Source of the DNA: a virus
Direction: 5' to 3' (one strand)
Virus record (IMG/VR): IMGVR_UViG_3300045988_117871
DNA length: 45,477 bases
In this document: piece after piece, positions 24,841 to 34,349 of the stretch
Layout of the letters: the number at the start of each line of letters is the position of its first letter
How positions within the stretch are numbered: the stretch's first letter is position 1
The notes under the pieces: model-generated
Seen by the model: only the letters and a program-made list of their open reading frames with translations
Databases searched by the model: none
Told to the model about the DNA's origin: nothing
Program-made: the position numbers and the translations under genes

Positions 24841-24874
24841 TTTATTAAAATAGGGACGCCTTAAAGACGTCCCT
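24841..24874 (-). terminator. Hairpin terminator after the head-gene block
   Basis: AGGGACG/CGTCCCT stem (24852-24874) followed on the minus strand by ATTTTAATAAA. Confidence 0.5.
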
Positions 24875-24912
24875 AAGTGCTTGTACATAGTCGTCACATG
24901 ACTACATAGGTG

Positions 24913-25074
24913 TTATTTAATATTTTCTCTAATAAGCCTAATCAAATCTTGTTTACTGGCATTTGCCGGATATTTAACATCGGCATTATAGAGCTTAGCT
25001 CTTAATTCATTGGCCGACATATCTTCAAGCTTTCTACCCGGCATTACAGTATTACCATTACTATCTAAAATCAT
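24913..25074 (-). CDS. 53-aa HeH/SAP-like small protein
   Basis: Below the ORF-track cutoff. ATGA start-stop overlap with the upstream gene. ...MSANELRAKLYNADVKYPANASKQDLIRLIREN. Confidence 0.5.
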   Translation of the reverse strand: MILDSNGNTVMPGRKLEDMSANELRAKLYNADVKYPANASKQDLIRLIRENIK

Positions 25075-25433
25075 TTAAAATCCACATCTACAGCGAGCGC
25101 CGCAACAATTTTATCGGCAGTTGCATTAGTTGGAGTGCTGGAATCACTAGCTTTGATGCGCAGGTATTCTTTTACTCCCAAAGGCACCTTAGCTCGTACA
25201 GGAGCATTGTCGTCCAGAGTAAAGCTTCCCAGCGCTACAGCCTCGCTGAACGCTTCATCATCAGCAGTTTCCAGGGTTAAAACAACACTGCCGCTTTCAA
25301 GCTTCGGTCCTACATAAAGCCACATTGGATTGATGCTGTCTCCGCCGCCCATAGCGATAATATCGCCAAGAACACCGTCAACTAATTCTGCAGCAGGTTT
25401 CTCAAAGAAAATATTTTCCTTATCTAATCTCAT
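25071..25433 (-). CDS. Head decoration / cement protein (Bbp16-like by recall)
   Basis: 120 aa, immediately after the major capsid gene. Confidence 0.7.
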   Translation of the reverse strand: MRLDKENIFFEKPAAELVDGVLGDIIAMGGGDSINPMWLYVGPKLESGSVVLTLETADDEAFSEAVALGSFTLDDNAPVRAKVPLGVKEYLRIKASDSSTPTNATADKIVAALAVDVDFK

Positions 25434-25446
25434 TATTTTTCACTCC

Positions 25447-26451
25447 TCACGCTTCAATTTTAGCTTCGTCTTCACGAATGCAGTCAAGTTTACGTACACG
25501 CATACCATCTACATTTAATACTTTAATGCCATTGGCCAGCGTTTCCATTTCAACATGAACGTTATTTTTATCGATCAAGCACAGTTTGAACAGAGTATAC
25601 ATGCTGCGAGAACAGTACATCATAACACTGTCAGGATTTCTCAACCGGTCATGAACGCGAATAACATTCTCAATAATCTTCTGCTTTTGAGCAGAAGTTG
25701 CAGATGCAAACTGTGCTGCATCAATATTGCGAATAGCTCCTACAGCTCTATAATCACGAATAGTCAGGCCTACATTCCAAGTCCATTTCGTAATCATAGC
25801 TTCAAATTCAGTTCCGTCATCCGCTATTGTAGTTTGTTGTCCAAGATCTTCTTTCTTCAAACCAGCACTACCATTTTTAGGGAACACGCCTGAGCATGTA
25901 CGTTCTCCCCAATTTACAAAATAAATAGATGTATTTTTGGTACCGCCGCCAGCATTAAGAGTAGTATAGCCTTCAGCCGTCGGATCATCACCATTGCCAA
26001 AATAACGATGTCTGATATCGAACCCGTTAAATTCATCCGGAACCTCGCTAAGTCCGCCATAAATAACATCTTTAGCAATACGATCACCAAAGCCGGCTAC
26101 AAATGCTAGATCCTCGCTATAACGGAAAGCTGCAGGATCATTCTGCAAACGCAAAAGCTCTACATCCATCTTATTACGATTTTCGTATAAAGTAGTCGTA
26201 TCATTAATCTGTTTTACTCCGCTCTTTTTATAAGGAACACCAGTATTGATACGACGGATAGAAGGTTCAGGAACTTTTGTACGTTGAGTAGTCACGATCC
26301 CAGTAGGAAGATTGCCCTCCATAAAAGTCATTTCTTCTAAAATTGGATTAGATTGAGACAATACCTCAATAATATCATCTACATTTCCGGAAGGGTCAAG
26401 TCTTCCCCTCCAATCAGCTAAGGTATATGCCAATTGATTTAAAACTGCCAT
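25447..26451 (-). CDS. Major capsid protein
   Basis: 334 aa. Its position after the scaffold gene and strong T/A-ending codon bias fit a highly expressed gene. Confidence 0.85.
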   Translation of the reverse strand: MAVLNQLAYTLADWRGRLDPSGNVDDIIEVLSQSNPILEEMTFMEGNLPTGIVTTQRTKVPEPSIRRINTGVPYKKSGVKQINDTTTLYENRNKMDVELLRLQNDPAAFRYSEDLAFVAGFGDRIAKDVIYGGLSEVPDEFNGFDIRHRYFGNGDDPTAEGYTTLNAGGGTKNTSIYFVNWGERTCSGVFPKNGSAGLKKEDLGQQTTIADDGTEFEAMITKWTWNVGLTIRDYRAVGAIRNIDAAQFASATSAQKQKIIENVIRVHDRLRNPDSVMMYCSRSMYTLFKLCLIDKNNVHVEMETLANGIKVLNVDGMRVRKLDCIREDEAKIEA

Positions 26452-26468
26452 TATTCATTCATCCTCTC

Positions 26469-27107
26469 TTATTTTAATTTACTAAAATCTGTTTTGTCAT
26501 AGAATTTTTCAAGGCTGCTTCCCTGTGCGGCAGGAGCGCCAGCGCCTTTACCCGGGTCACTCTCCAAAAACTTCCCGAGCATAGAAAAAGCGCGGATAAC
26601 TTCAATTCTGTTACCTGCGCCTGTTTCGTTTAACGCCTGCCTGATACCAGGAACCGCTTTCTCTACATGTTCCACCGCAAGACCGCAAAGACTAATGATA
26701 CTGTCGAACTCTGTCCCAAGTTCTTTCTTTGCAGTCTCACCCCAATTTTGAACTTCTGTATTTCGCTGCTCTATAACAGCATTCATAGCAGCTTCTGCGA
26801 TTCCTTTACCCCATTCGCCGCCATACTTAACAATAGCGTTAGCCTGCTCATTATTAAGCCCCATATCCTTAATGACCTCTACGAACTTATCGCTCTCTTC
26901 CTGGCTGAACTCAAAGTCATCCATAGCGGAAATAGTTTCTTTAAAGTCATAAACAATTGGTTCAGCTTCTTCATGTGGTTGAGTTTCTGCTTTACCACCA
27001 AGAAGGGTATCAGCAGACTGTGTCTCCTGTTGAACCTCTTTCTGCTGTTCAACTACTTCAGTGCCCTGCGTGTTATCGTTGGCACTCGTGTTAGTTACAT
27101 CTTCCAT
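26469..27107 (-). CDS. Scaffolding protein
   Basis: 212 aa, acidic and helical, between the portal-side genes and the capsid gene. Confidence 0.7.
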   Translation of the reverse strand: MEDVTNTSANDNTQGTEVVEQQKEVQQETQSADTLLGGKAETQPHEEAEPIVYDFKETISAMDDFEFSQEESDKFVEVIKDMGLNNEQANAIVKYGGEWGKGIAEAAMNAVIEQRNTEVQNWGETAKKELGTEFDSIISLCGLAVEHVEKAVPGIRQALNETGAGNRIEVIRAFSMLGKFLESDPGKGAGAPAAQGSSLEKFYDKTDFSKLK

Positions 27108-27469
27108 TAGTCATCGTCTCCTTCCAATTGTTCGGCAGCAATTTCCTGCGCTTTGATTTGAGTTTTTATATATTCAAGCTCAGCCTTTTGTTTGAGCTCT
27201 ACTCCAGAAATACCAAGGCTCTTAATATCATCGAGAATTAATAAACCGACTTTTCGCATACCCTCGTTATAAAAGGTCTGTGAATTGCCGGTAAAACTAT
27301 CTATATTGATTTTTGTTTTATCAAGCAATCGCATTAAAAACCAGCGTCCGCTTTCGCTATTTAAGATAGTTGATAGTGCATCCTGATCGCGTTTGCGAAG
27401 CTCTCTTTGAAAGAACGCCTGCAATTTAGCTTGCCGGCTATCCGCATCTGTAATACTCTTATACCTCAC
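27107..27469 (-). CDS. Small head-module protein (Bbp19-like by recall)
   Basis: 120 aa, overlapping the portal stop. Confidence 0.7.
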   Translation of the reverse strand: MRYKSITDADSRQAKLQAFFQRELRKRDQDALSTILNSESGRWFLMRLLDKTKINIDSFTGNSQTFYNEGMRKVGLLILDDIKSLGISGVELKQKAELEYIKTQIKAQEIAAEQLEGDDD

Positions 27470-29258
27470 CTGCGCCGCCTCCCATGCCTAACCAAGCTGC
27501 CATAGCTGGGTTACCATCATTTGCAGCCTCAGTCATGTTCTTTGCCGCCTGTGCTGCCGGTGCTGCTGCCTGCATAAGAGCCATTGCTTCCTGCGTCTGT
27601 TGCTGCTCTTGTAATGCCTGCTGTTCTTGCTCAATAAGCTTCTTAACATCATCGTCGCTACGTTGCATTGCTGCCGGCGCACCAAGCATTTCAAAGTATT
27701 TGGACAGTGTTCCTATAGGATCAACCTTCTTGAGCACTTCCGGCCAAGCCTGCGCCATCTGCAGCGTAGTAGCAAGAGCCTGTTCGATATTAACAAGTCC
27801 ACTCATTTTCTGCGCTTGCGCCAACGGGGAAATATACTCAATTTTAATATCCTCATCGCTTATACGTTCCTGGATCTCAGGTGGTATCGGCGGGAATGCT
27901 CCAGACCTTTCGAGGATGTTGTATATCCTAACAATAATCGGCGTTAGGAACTCATCCTGTAACCGTTCGACTACAGGCCCTAGCTGCTGCAACTTTTCCT
28001 GTGTGCGTTCCATGACCTCGCGTGCCGTCATTTGCCCGTTATCAACACTATCAAGCATCAAAAATAAATCTGCACTATAGTGCCTTTTGATTGCGTCCTC
28101 CGTGCGAATGATCTCCTGAGAAGCATGGTCAATATCTAAATTGACCTGGAACAGCGGTTGAACGAACTGCTGCGACTGGTCATCCACAGCTGTCATCCCG
28201 CCAGGAATAAGATTAATACCACCGTTGTTCAGCAGCGAAGCCGGTCCTTTCATTGGAGGTTTAACCCCAATCTCAATAGCTGTAAGCAAATCTTTTTTCA
28301 TAGTCTGAAGTGCTTTACTATCGCCTTCAGCGAACCAACCTGGCCCTTTAGCGTACGGTTCAAGCCCGTTTACAAGATACCTTGCAACTGGTATGGCCCA
28401 TTCTTCAAACCCCCCAACGTATAAGAATTCATTATCCTGCGACTTATCAAGCCAATACACAGACCTATAAGGCATATTCAACCTATCCATATATCCTGGC
28501 AGACGTTTGTCATTTGGTTCCACAAGCCAATTGACAGTATGCTTTTTATCAAGTCCAGTACCATTAGTTACTTGCTGCAAATGTTGAGGCAGGCTTTCCT
28601 GTCCAAAACAATCAACTATCTGTGCTAATGACATTTCATATTTTCGAGCGAATGTCTGCACCTTGCCAAAGCCGTCTACACCAAGAGCATAAGTCCCAAT
28701 AGTCATAGGTACACATCTAATACCCGTACTCGGGTCATAAAAAATTGCCATTGGGCATTGTCCAAATGGCAACTCAAGATACACCGAATGTATGCTATTG
28801 TAAAAATTACTCTTTGAAAGCACCGCAGATACTATTTCTTGCCTGATATCCAACACTCTCGTGGCTTCAATATCACCACTCATCGCACTATTGCTAAACC
28901 CTAATTTGAACCACTGGCGACTAGGAGGGGTTAAACCGCTCATTACGCCTGCAGCAAATACTTGTGCGGCCAACCATGCAACGCCCTGAGCAATTTCCAG
29001 ATCACGTCTGCGGGCAGGATTAGTTTTATCTGCCGTATTATCGAATTCGCCTATAAACGGCAACTGATAATCTCTAATCGCTTTCCAACGAATTTCATAA
29101 TCAAGTCTTTTTTCATAAAGATCTCTCATCTTTCTAATCAGTTTTCTTTTCTCTGGCCAGTGGCTTTTTAAAGACGGCCCATCTGCTGGGTGTGTTTCTG
29201 CCGGCGCTCGTGCTGCTATAGTTTCAATTTCTTTTTGCTTTAATTTAGCTTTAGCCAT
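27459..29258 (-). CDS. Portal (head-to-tail connector) protein
   Basis: 599 aa, downstream of terL. Gln/Ala-rich C-terminus. Confidence 0.85.
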   Translation of the reverse strand: MAKAKLKQKEIETIAARAPAETHPADGPSLKSHWPEKRKLIRKMRDLYEKRLDYEIRWKAIRDYQLPFIGEFDNTADKTNPARRRDLEIAQGVAWLAAQVFAAGVMSGLTPPSRQWFKLGFSNSAMSGDIEATRVLDIRQEIVSAVLSKSNFYNSIHSVYLELPFGQCPMAIFYDPSTGIRCVPMTIGTYALGVDGFGKVQTFARKYEMSLAQIVDCFGQESLPQHLQQVTNGTGLDKKHTVNWLVEPNDKRLPGYMDRLNMPYRSVYWLDKSQDNEFLYVGGFEEWAIPVARYLVNGLEPYAKGPGWFAEGDSKALQTMKKDLLTAIEIGVKPPMKGPASLLNNGGINLIPGGMTAVDDQSQQFVQPLFQVNLDIDHASQEIIRTEDAIKRHYSADLFLMLDSVDNGQMTAREVMERTQEKLQQLGPVVERLQDEFLTPIIVRIYNILERSGAFPPIPPEIQERISDEDIKIEYISPLAQAQKMSGLVNIEQALATTLQMAQAWPEVLKKVDPIGTLSKYFEMLGAPAAMQRSDDDVKKLIEQEQQALQEQQQTQEAMALMQAAAPAAQAAKNMTEAANDGNPAMAAWLGMGGGAGEV

Positions 29259-29268
29259 TTCAATACCC

Positions 29269-29484
29269 CTAACCTAAAGTCTTTCTGCCAGTAGCGTTGC
29301 CTGCAATAGTATTGCGATCAGACGACACTTGAGTAGAAGCAAAACCACGCCTTTTATTTTTCTTTGCCGGATCTGTTTCTGTTCCTGTCTCTGTACTGGT
29401 TACCGTAGTAGGCGCCGGAGGCGTTTCAACAACTTCTGGCATTCTAATGCTACCGCCGCCAAATACTTTTTTAAAAATTCCCAT
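29269..29484 (-). CDS. Small Thr/Pro-rich protein between terL and portal
   Basis: ATG at 29484 with SD AAGGAG at 7 nt. The track start at 29523 lies inside terL. Confidence 0.6.
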   Translation of the reverse strand: MGIFKKVFGGGSIRMPEVVETPPAPTTVTSTETGTETDPAKKNKRRGFASTQVSSDRNTIAGNATGRKTLG

Positions 29485-29495
29485 ACTATCACTCC

Positions 29496-30827
29496 TTAAA
29501 ATATCGAATAATCTGTATTGCACATCATCTTACGGCCATACCCAGGATCACCAGGCTTCAATCTCGGATAAACAGGCCTTGCAAAAGTCAAAGCAAGGCC
29601 ATCTGCAAGATCGGGGCTTTTACCTATCTTTTCCTTAATTTCTTCTTTAGGCTGCAAAATGATTTTGCCATGTTTACTAAACTTATACTCTACAATACTA
29701 AGCTCGCTTTTTAATTCCGGCATATCAGGTATAGCACCACCAGACTTGAGCCATTCAAGCATCTTAAAATACATCTCGGCACGGATATTTTCAAAACGCT
29801 GTTCATGCAGTGCATTGCCCTGAAAGTAGACCTCACTGATATTGTTGTACCCCAACTGCTTAATTCGATCTATAACTCCAGCACCCATGACGCCGGCGTC
29901 AATAAAAGTCATATCGGCCTTATATCTGATCATCGCATCAATAACTCTTGCCGCCATATCCATAGTGTCCAGGCCTTTGTAAACTAAAGGCTCATCTACC
30001 CACAGTCCCTGTCGCTTAAAAATAGTAGATCTGTCATCACCATATCTGGCTACATCAACACCAAGAATAACTGGAGCGCCCTGCACATCTTTTTCTGTAA
30101 GCAGTCTGTGTGCTGCCGCCGTAACCAAATCAATAGGAATAACAACATTACTAGCCGATGCAGTAAAATCACAATAAAGCTCCTGACGTATTTCTATATC
30201 CGTCATATCTTCCATCATAGATTTAAGTTCTGCTTCGTCCAGCACACCACTTTCATCAGCTCTATAAAGACAGGTAAACCATTCTTCGCTGCGTTGAGCT
30301 CTTTGGTAGATGTCATAAAACTGATTCTGTCCTTTAGGCGTTCCGATGAAATATGCGAACCCCTTACGATCAGCTAATGCCGGCCGTATTACCTCGCCCC
30401 ATAATTCAGGCTTTATTTGAGCGTATTCATCAAGGACAACACCATCCCAGTAAGTACCGCGAAGGGCATCAGGCTTATCTGCGCCTATAATATATATCCT
30501 TGCCCCAACAGCATTTTTATGCTTCGACGGCAGTTCTATAAACAGATCGCTTTCATTAACCTTTCTTCCTGGAATTGCGCTTGTGTAATACTTCAAATAG
30601 TTCCAGGCAATCATCTTTGCTTGGTTCCTAAACGGTGCCACGTATGCGAACTGAGGACTTATAAGCGTATTCTTAATAGCGCTCTTACTCAATTCGTTTA
30701 TCATCCCTACGGTCTTGCCATAACGTCTGTGCGCTACTATAACAGCGAAACGGTATTTATCAAGCGCAGGATGGATTATATCTTTCCAAAGAGGTCTTGG
30801 CTTGTATGGTATCGTTATTACTTTCAA
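29496..30827 (-). CDS. terL: Terminase large subunit
   Basis: 443 aa. Walker A-like AHRRYGKT near the N-terminus and a nuclease-type C-terminal half. Overlaps terS. Confidence 0.9.
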   Translation of the reverse strand: MKVITIPYKPRPLWKDIIHPALDKYRFAVIVAHRRYGKTVGMINELSKSAIKNTLISPQFAYVAPFRNQAKMIAWNYLKYYTSAIPGRKVNESDLFIELPSKHKNAVGARIYIIGADKPDALRGTYWDGVVLDEYAQIKPELWGEVIRPALADRKGFAYFIGTPKGQNQFYDIYQRAQRSEEWFTCLYRADESGVLDEAELKSMMEDMTDIEIRQELYCDFTASASNVVIPIDLVTAAAHRLLTEKDVQGAPVILGVDVARYGDDRSTIFKRQGLWVDEPLVYKGLDTMDMAARVIDAMIRYKADMTFIDAGVMGAGVIDRIKQLGYNNISEVYFQGNALHEQRFENIRAEMYFKMLEWLKSGGAIPDMPELKSELSIVEYKFSKHGKIILQPKEEIKEKIGKSPDLADGLALTFARPVYPRLKPGDPGYGRKMMCNTDYSIF

Positions 30828-31228
30828 CCGTCATCACCAGCCCAGCGAAATGTTATAGGTTCTCCATCTTTACCGCTGACCTCACGTTTTTCAACAAACG
30901 CTGCTATTGATTTTCCGTATAGCTCAGATGCTTTAAGCCTATTATTCATACGCTCTTCTTTATCGTCTATCACTTCTAGCCAGAACTTCCTTAATTTGCT
31001 AAGTTCATCTATAATATCCTTCTGTTCATCTGCAATTTTTTCTTCAGTAACAGTTTGAAGCTCTGCTACCCTGTCAACAATGTGCGCCTTTGTTAACAGC
31101 CTTGACGCAGCCTGCCTAGCACTTTTCGCTGAATATCCTGCATCTATGGCTGCCTGCTCTTGCGTTTTACCACCTACAGCCATAAGCCGACAAAACTTCT
31201 CCTGCCTTGGATCTTTTAATGCAGCCAT
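30824..31228 (-). CDS. terS: Terminase small subunit
   Basis: KFCRLMAVGGKTQEQAAIDAGYSAKSARQAASRLL matches the terminase small-subunit HTH pattern. Confidence 0.85.
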   Translation of the reverse strand: MAALKDPRQEKFCRLMAVGGKTQEQAAIDAGYSAKSARQAASRLLTKAHIVDRVAELQTVTEEKIADEQKDIIDELSKLRKFWLEVIDDKEERMNNRLKASELYGKSIAAFVEKREVSGKDGEPITFRWAGDDG

Positions 31229-31249
31229 ATCTCCTTCACCACCTTTGCA

Positions 31250-31280
31250 AATACAAAAGCACCTAACCGAAGTTAAGTGC
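31250..31280 (-). terminator. Intrinsic terminator (UUCG tetraloop) immediately upstream of terS
   Basis: Minus strand GCACTTAAC-TTCG-GTTAGGTGC followed by TTTTGTATT. Confidence 0.7.
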
Positions 31281-31369
31281 CTTTATATTAAGTTATATGC
31301 TAAATTTTGATATATATTGCCGTGTTTTCCCTGGCTTTTGCCTGCAAATTATTTATGTAGATTAAACAA

Positions 31370-31528
31370 CTATTTACTACACCACACCACACTTGCCGCC
31401 CACGTTACCCCTATCACAATATCAACTGGCCCTGCTGTTACATAGCCGTCTATAGCTTTTTCTACAGCCTGCCAATATATCTCTATCAAGGTTAGGGCTA
31501 CTAAAAACATTAGTGTTTGCTTTAACAT
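31370..31528 (-). CDS. 52-aa membrane peptide
   Basis: Below the ORF-track cutoff. SD GAGGT lies 7 nt before the ATG. MLKQTLMFLVALTLIEIYW...VIGVTWAASVVWCSK. Confidence 0.45.
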   Translation of the reverse strand: MLKQTLMFLVALTLIEIYWQAVEKAIDGYVTAGPVDIVIGVTWAASVVWCSK

Positions 31529-31630
31529 GTTAGTACCTCAATTAAATAAGCCGCTGTATTACCCCAACGGCAGGGCAGTGTCCAAGCGCTAAGCCTGATC
31601 GTCTCTTGTTGTAAGCCTACTTACTTACAA

Positions 31631-31670
31631 TACTATTTTAACTCATCAGAACAGGTAATATGTCGGAAAC
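31631..31670 (-). promoter_or_regulatory. Bipartite late motif, copy c (GTTTCCGACA-N16-GAGTTAAAATAGTA)
   Basis: Starts 5 nt after the stop of the RinA-like gene, upstream of terS. Confidence 0.6.
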
Positions 31671-31674
31671 TTTT

Positions 31675-32118
31675 TTATTTTATCAAACCTTTTTTCAATG
31701 CCAAACCAACAGCATCTCGGAGAAACTCTTTACGAAATTCATAGCAGGTATCTCTATTTACACCATTTAATTCTGCAATTATTTTCATCGGCTTCCTTTT
31801 TTCATATTTTTGATACATGGCTTTACCCGTAAGCTGGTTTTCATGTATCTTATAGGTTTCTGCGACAACTTCAAGCCATAGCTCCGGATTCATTATTATC
31901 GACTGATATGGTCCATATCCAAACGATATCATACGTACTGGTTCAATGTTTTTTAATGCTGCTGTTTCTGTTGGATTACTGATAAAAGCATGACCCCCAC
32001 CGCCCGTATGCCCTTTCCTTGCAGTACGCTGCTCTCTTTCCTCATCGACAGCTTTTTGTATTTGCTTACGATCCCAAAAGTACCGCTCTACATGCTTAAT
32101 ATACTGTTCTATTAGCAT
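31675..32118 (-). CDS. RinA/ArpU-family late-gene transcriptional regulator
   Basis: 147 aa. SNPTETAA segment and C-terminal HTH IIAELNGVNRDTCYEFRKEFL. Sits directly upstream of the packaging genes. Confidence 0.75.
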   Translation of the reverse strand: MLIEQYIKHVERYFWDRKQIQKAVDEEREQRTARKGHTGGGGHAFISNPTETAALKNIEPVRMISFGYGPYQSIIMNPELWLEVVAETYKIHENQLTGKAMYQKYEKRKPMKIIAELNGVNRDTCYEFRKEFLRDAVGLALKKGLIK

Positions 32119-32143
32119 ATCAGTCTCCTTCTAGCTTTTCTTT

Positions 32144-32293
32144 CTAAATCGGCTCAAATCTAGCCCACTGCCGGCTGCTACCACCATCATCTATAAGTGG
32201 TGCATTTTCCTCGTGCCGGTCGCAGTCAGTGTTAGTAAATGGTTTATCAATAAATTTGTTACTTCGTATGCAGTAGGCTTTATCGTTCGTCAT
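32144..32293 (-). CDS. 49-aa hypothetical protein
   Basis: Below the ORF-track cutoff. ATGA overlap with the upstream stop. Confidence 0.35.
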   Translation of the reverse strand: MTNDKAYCIRSNKFIDKPFTNTDCDRHEENAPLIDDGGSSRQWARFEPI

Positions 32294-32592
32294 CTACTAT
32301 TCTCCTTCCTTCCGTCCATAATAGCCCCGCAGTAGGAGCAGTAATTAAATGTTGTGCTGTTTGTGAAAACCAAAGTTTTGCAGCATGAACAGGTTCTTGA
32401 AGTGTTTCCGCCCAAGTTTTTTTCAATCCAATGCCCTTGCTTACGTTCTTCTACTGTAGGGGCTTCATCAATCAAGTATCCAGCACTTTCATAGCCGCTT
32501 TTAACCCCTGTAATAAATGGGTCACTTACTGTGATACTATTAATACATTCTTGAAATTTTTCTTTTAATACGTCTGCATCTATTAATCGCAT
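32290..32592 (-). CDS. Hypothetical protein with C-terminal zinc-ribbon-like CxxC...CxxC
   Basis: 100-aa ORF, tightly packed. Confidence 0.7.
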   Translation of the reverse strand: MRLIDADVLKEKFQECINSITVSDPFITGVKSGYESAGYLIDEAPTVEERKQGHWIEKNLGGNTSRTCSCCKTLVFTNSTTFNYCSYCGAIMDGRKENSR

Positions 32593-32595
32593 AAT

Positions 32596-32934
32596 CTATT
32601 CACTCTCACTTTCAAGCCACTTCTTAACTGCTTCTTGGCAACTACAGTCACCAGTGCAATACATATAAGCAGGGCAATCCTCACATTTTTTAAAAATTTC
32701 ACGGCTAAAAAAATCGGCCAATTCTTCTATACTCCTAGACTTAATGCGTTCGGCATTTGTCAATATCCTTGAACCTATCATTTCGCTATTAAGCCATTTG
32801 TTGACTCTATCATCATCTGCTTTAAATAAGATCATTAGTCTTACAAAATCTTTTTCGGTGTAGCCAACTAGTAAGCAATATTCGTTTATAAAATCTTTGA
32901 CTGATATATTCATTATGTAGTCACGATTAGTCAT
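32596..32934 (-). CDS. Hypothetical protein (Cys-rich C-terminus)
   Basis: 112-aa ORF. Confidence 0.7.
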   Translation of the reverse strand: MTNRDYIMNISVKDFINEYCLLVGYTEKDFVRLMILFKADDDRVNKWLNSEMIGSRILTNAERIKSRSIEELADFFSREIFKKCEDCPAYMYCTGDCSCQEAVKKWLESESE

Positions 32935-33184
32935 TTTCTTCGCCGTCCCGCCTGTTCCATGCTTTTATTGCTCTCTGCTCCAACTCATCCACTCCTTCGC
33001 CAGTTTTTTTGTTTTCTACTATCTGAGCGGGACAATTTTTGCACTCTATTACACAACCTTCGGGTTCTTCGTCCCTACAATCTACCACGGCACCAGTATC
33101 AGGATCGATAACGGGCATATATATACCATCATCCCACATTGTTGCTTCACCGCCACAAAACGGACAAGGTTTTAATTTAGTCAT
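32927..33184 (-). CDS. lar: Lar-family restriction-alleviation-like protein
   Basis: LKPCPFCGGEA ... AIKAWNRR pattern. Confidence 0.65.
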   Translation of the reverse strand: MTKLKPCPFCGGEATMWDDGIYMPVIDPDTGAVVDCRDEEPEGCVIECKNCPAQIVENKKTGEGVDELEQRAIKAWNRRDGEEND

Positions 33185-33190
33185 TTTTCT

Positions 33191-33355
33191 TCACCTCAAA
33201 TAAATAATAGTCTTATTGTCAGACTCATTAACGACTATGACACTCGACAAACTACATCTTTTCAAGAGGTCAAGGTCTGTATAGTCATCAATTTTGTAAA
33301 CTTCTGTGTCAGGCGGTAAACCTGTTAGAGCGTTCATTAGTTCTTCTTTGGTCAT
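33191..33355 (-). CDS. 54-aa hypothetical protein
   Basis: Below the ORF-track cutoff. ATGA overlap upstream; its stop lies in the SD of the next gene. Confidence 0.45.
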   Translation of the reverse strand: MTKEELMNALTGLPPDTEVYKIDDYTDLDLLKRCSLSSVIVVNESDNKTIIYLR

Positions 33356-33570
33356 TTTTCTTCACCTTTCTCAGCACTAATATCAAACATATCGCCTAAA
33401 TTTCTGACAACTTGCGCTAACCGCAGGCACAGTTTTTGAGTAGCTTCAAACGATAAAATATCAAGTATTTCTTTCTGTTCTTCTTCCGTCATGTCGGTAA
33501 AGCAGATATCTTCATGCCTATAATCCCTCTCTACTCTGAAATAAATGCCGCAAAGTTCATGTTTTTTCAT
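33352..33570 (-). CDS. Hypothetical protein
   Basis: 72-aa ORF. Confidence 0.65.
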   Translation of the reverse strand: MKKHELCGIYFRVERDYRHEDICFTDMTEEEQKEILDILSFEATQKLCLRLAQVVRNLGDMFDISAEKGEEK

Positions 33571-33718
33571 TGTTCTTCACCATCTTTCTAAGGTTTTCCA
33601 TTACTTTTTTGTTGCATTCCTCACAAAGCTCAAAGCTTTTATGTATACATGGTATTTCAAAGCCGCTGACTATACGTTTTATCTTTTTACAGTGGGTACA
33701 ACGCCTGTATCTAACCAT
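33557..33718 (-). CDS. 53-aa zinc-ribbon-like protein
   Basis: Below the ORF-track cutoff. SD GAAGGATGA upstream. CTHC ... CEEC. Confidence 0.45.
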   Translation of the reverse strand: MVRYRRCTHCKKIKRIVSGFEIPCIHKSFELCEECNKKVMENLRKMVKNNEKT

Positions 33719-33752
33719 TGGTTATGTCATCCTTCTTTCGCTGACGTTCAAG

Positions 33753-33911
33753 TTATTCCATTAGCTGAGGCAGCCACTTCACTTTCGCTCCACGTTTTGA
33801 TCTATATTCTTCCATTCGGCAATATACATTCCATCGATAAGCATGATCATAACCATGTTTTTTATAAATTTTGAACGCCCTTTTTATTTGACGAGCTTTG
33901 TATTCTTTCAT
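33753..33911 (-). CDS. 52-aa basic hypothetical protein
   Basis: Below the ORF-track cutoff. ATG at 33911 after AAAGGGGCTGGAG. Confidence 0.4.
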   Translation of the reverse strand: MKEYKARQIKRAFKIYKKHGYDHAYRWNVYCRMEEYRSKRGAKVKWLPQLME

Positions 33912-33926
33912 CTACTCCAGCCCCTT

Positions 33927-34349
33927 TCAGACTTCCCTGAAATCAATGTCCGGGTACTTATAAAGCAGCATCTTCTTTTTGATCAGATACACCTGCGTCC
34001 GCATCCCTTTCGTATCAACGTAATATATATGCCCGTCAGCTTCCGTCACCTTAAAATCAGCTCGATAAATAATCGGCCTTATCTTTTTACCGTCTCTCTT
34101 ATAACCAGGCTGTAAAACAAATTTTGGCTGTAGTTCAACCTCTTTTACTGTACCTTCGCGCATAAGCCAGTGTAACTGCCAGTAATAGTCAGCTTCTTTT
34201 TCGCTGTCAAACCGTATGCCGTCTACTTCCGTAATTGAGTTACCATATTTTAATTTAGGTTCTGTCCCTGGTAGATTCTCAGACGCCGTTACGCTATCAG
34301 AACGTATTTTACTTACAAGGTGTGCCGGCAGTTCATTCCACGTCGTCAT
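33927..34349 (-). CDS. DUF1064-type (PD-(D/E)xK-like) nuclease / resolvase candidate
   Basis: GIRFDSEKEADYY ... YRADFKV ... YVDTKG pattern. Confidence 0.7.
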   Translation of the reverse strand: MTTWNELPAHLVSKIRSDSVTASENLPGTEPKLKYGNSITEVDGIRFDSEKEADYYWQLHWLMREGTVKEVELQPKFVLQPGYKRDGKKIRPIIYRADFKVTEADGHIYYVDTKGMRTQVYLIKKKMLLYKYPDIDFREV

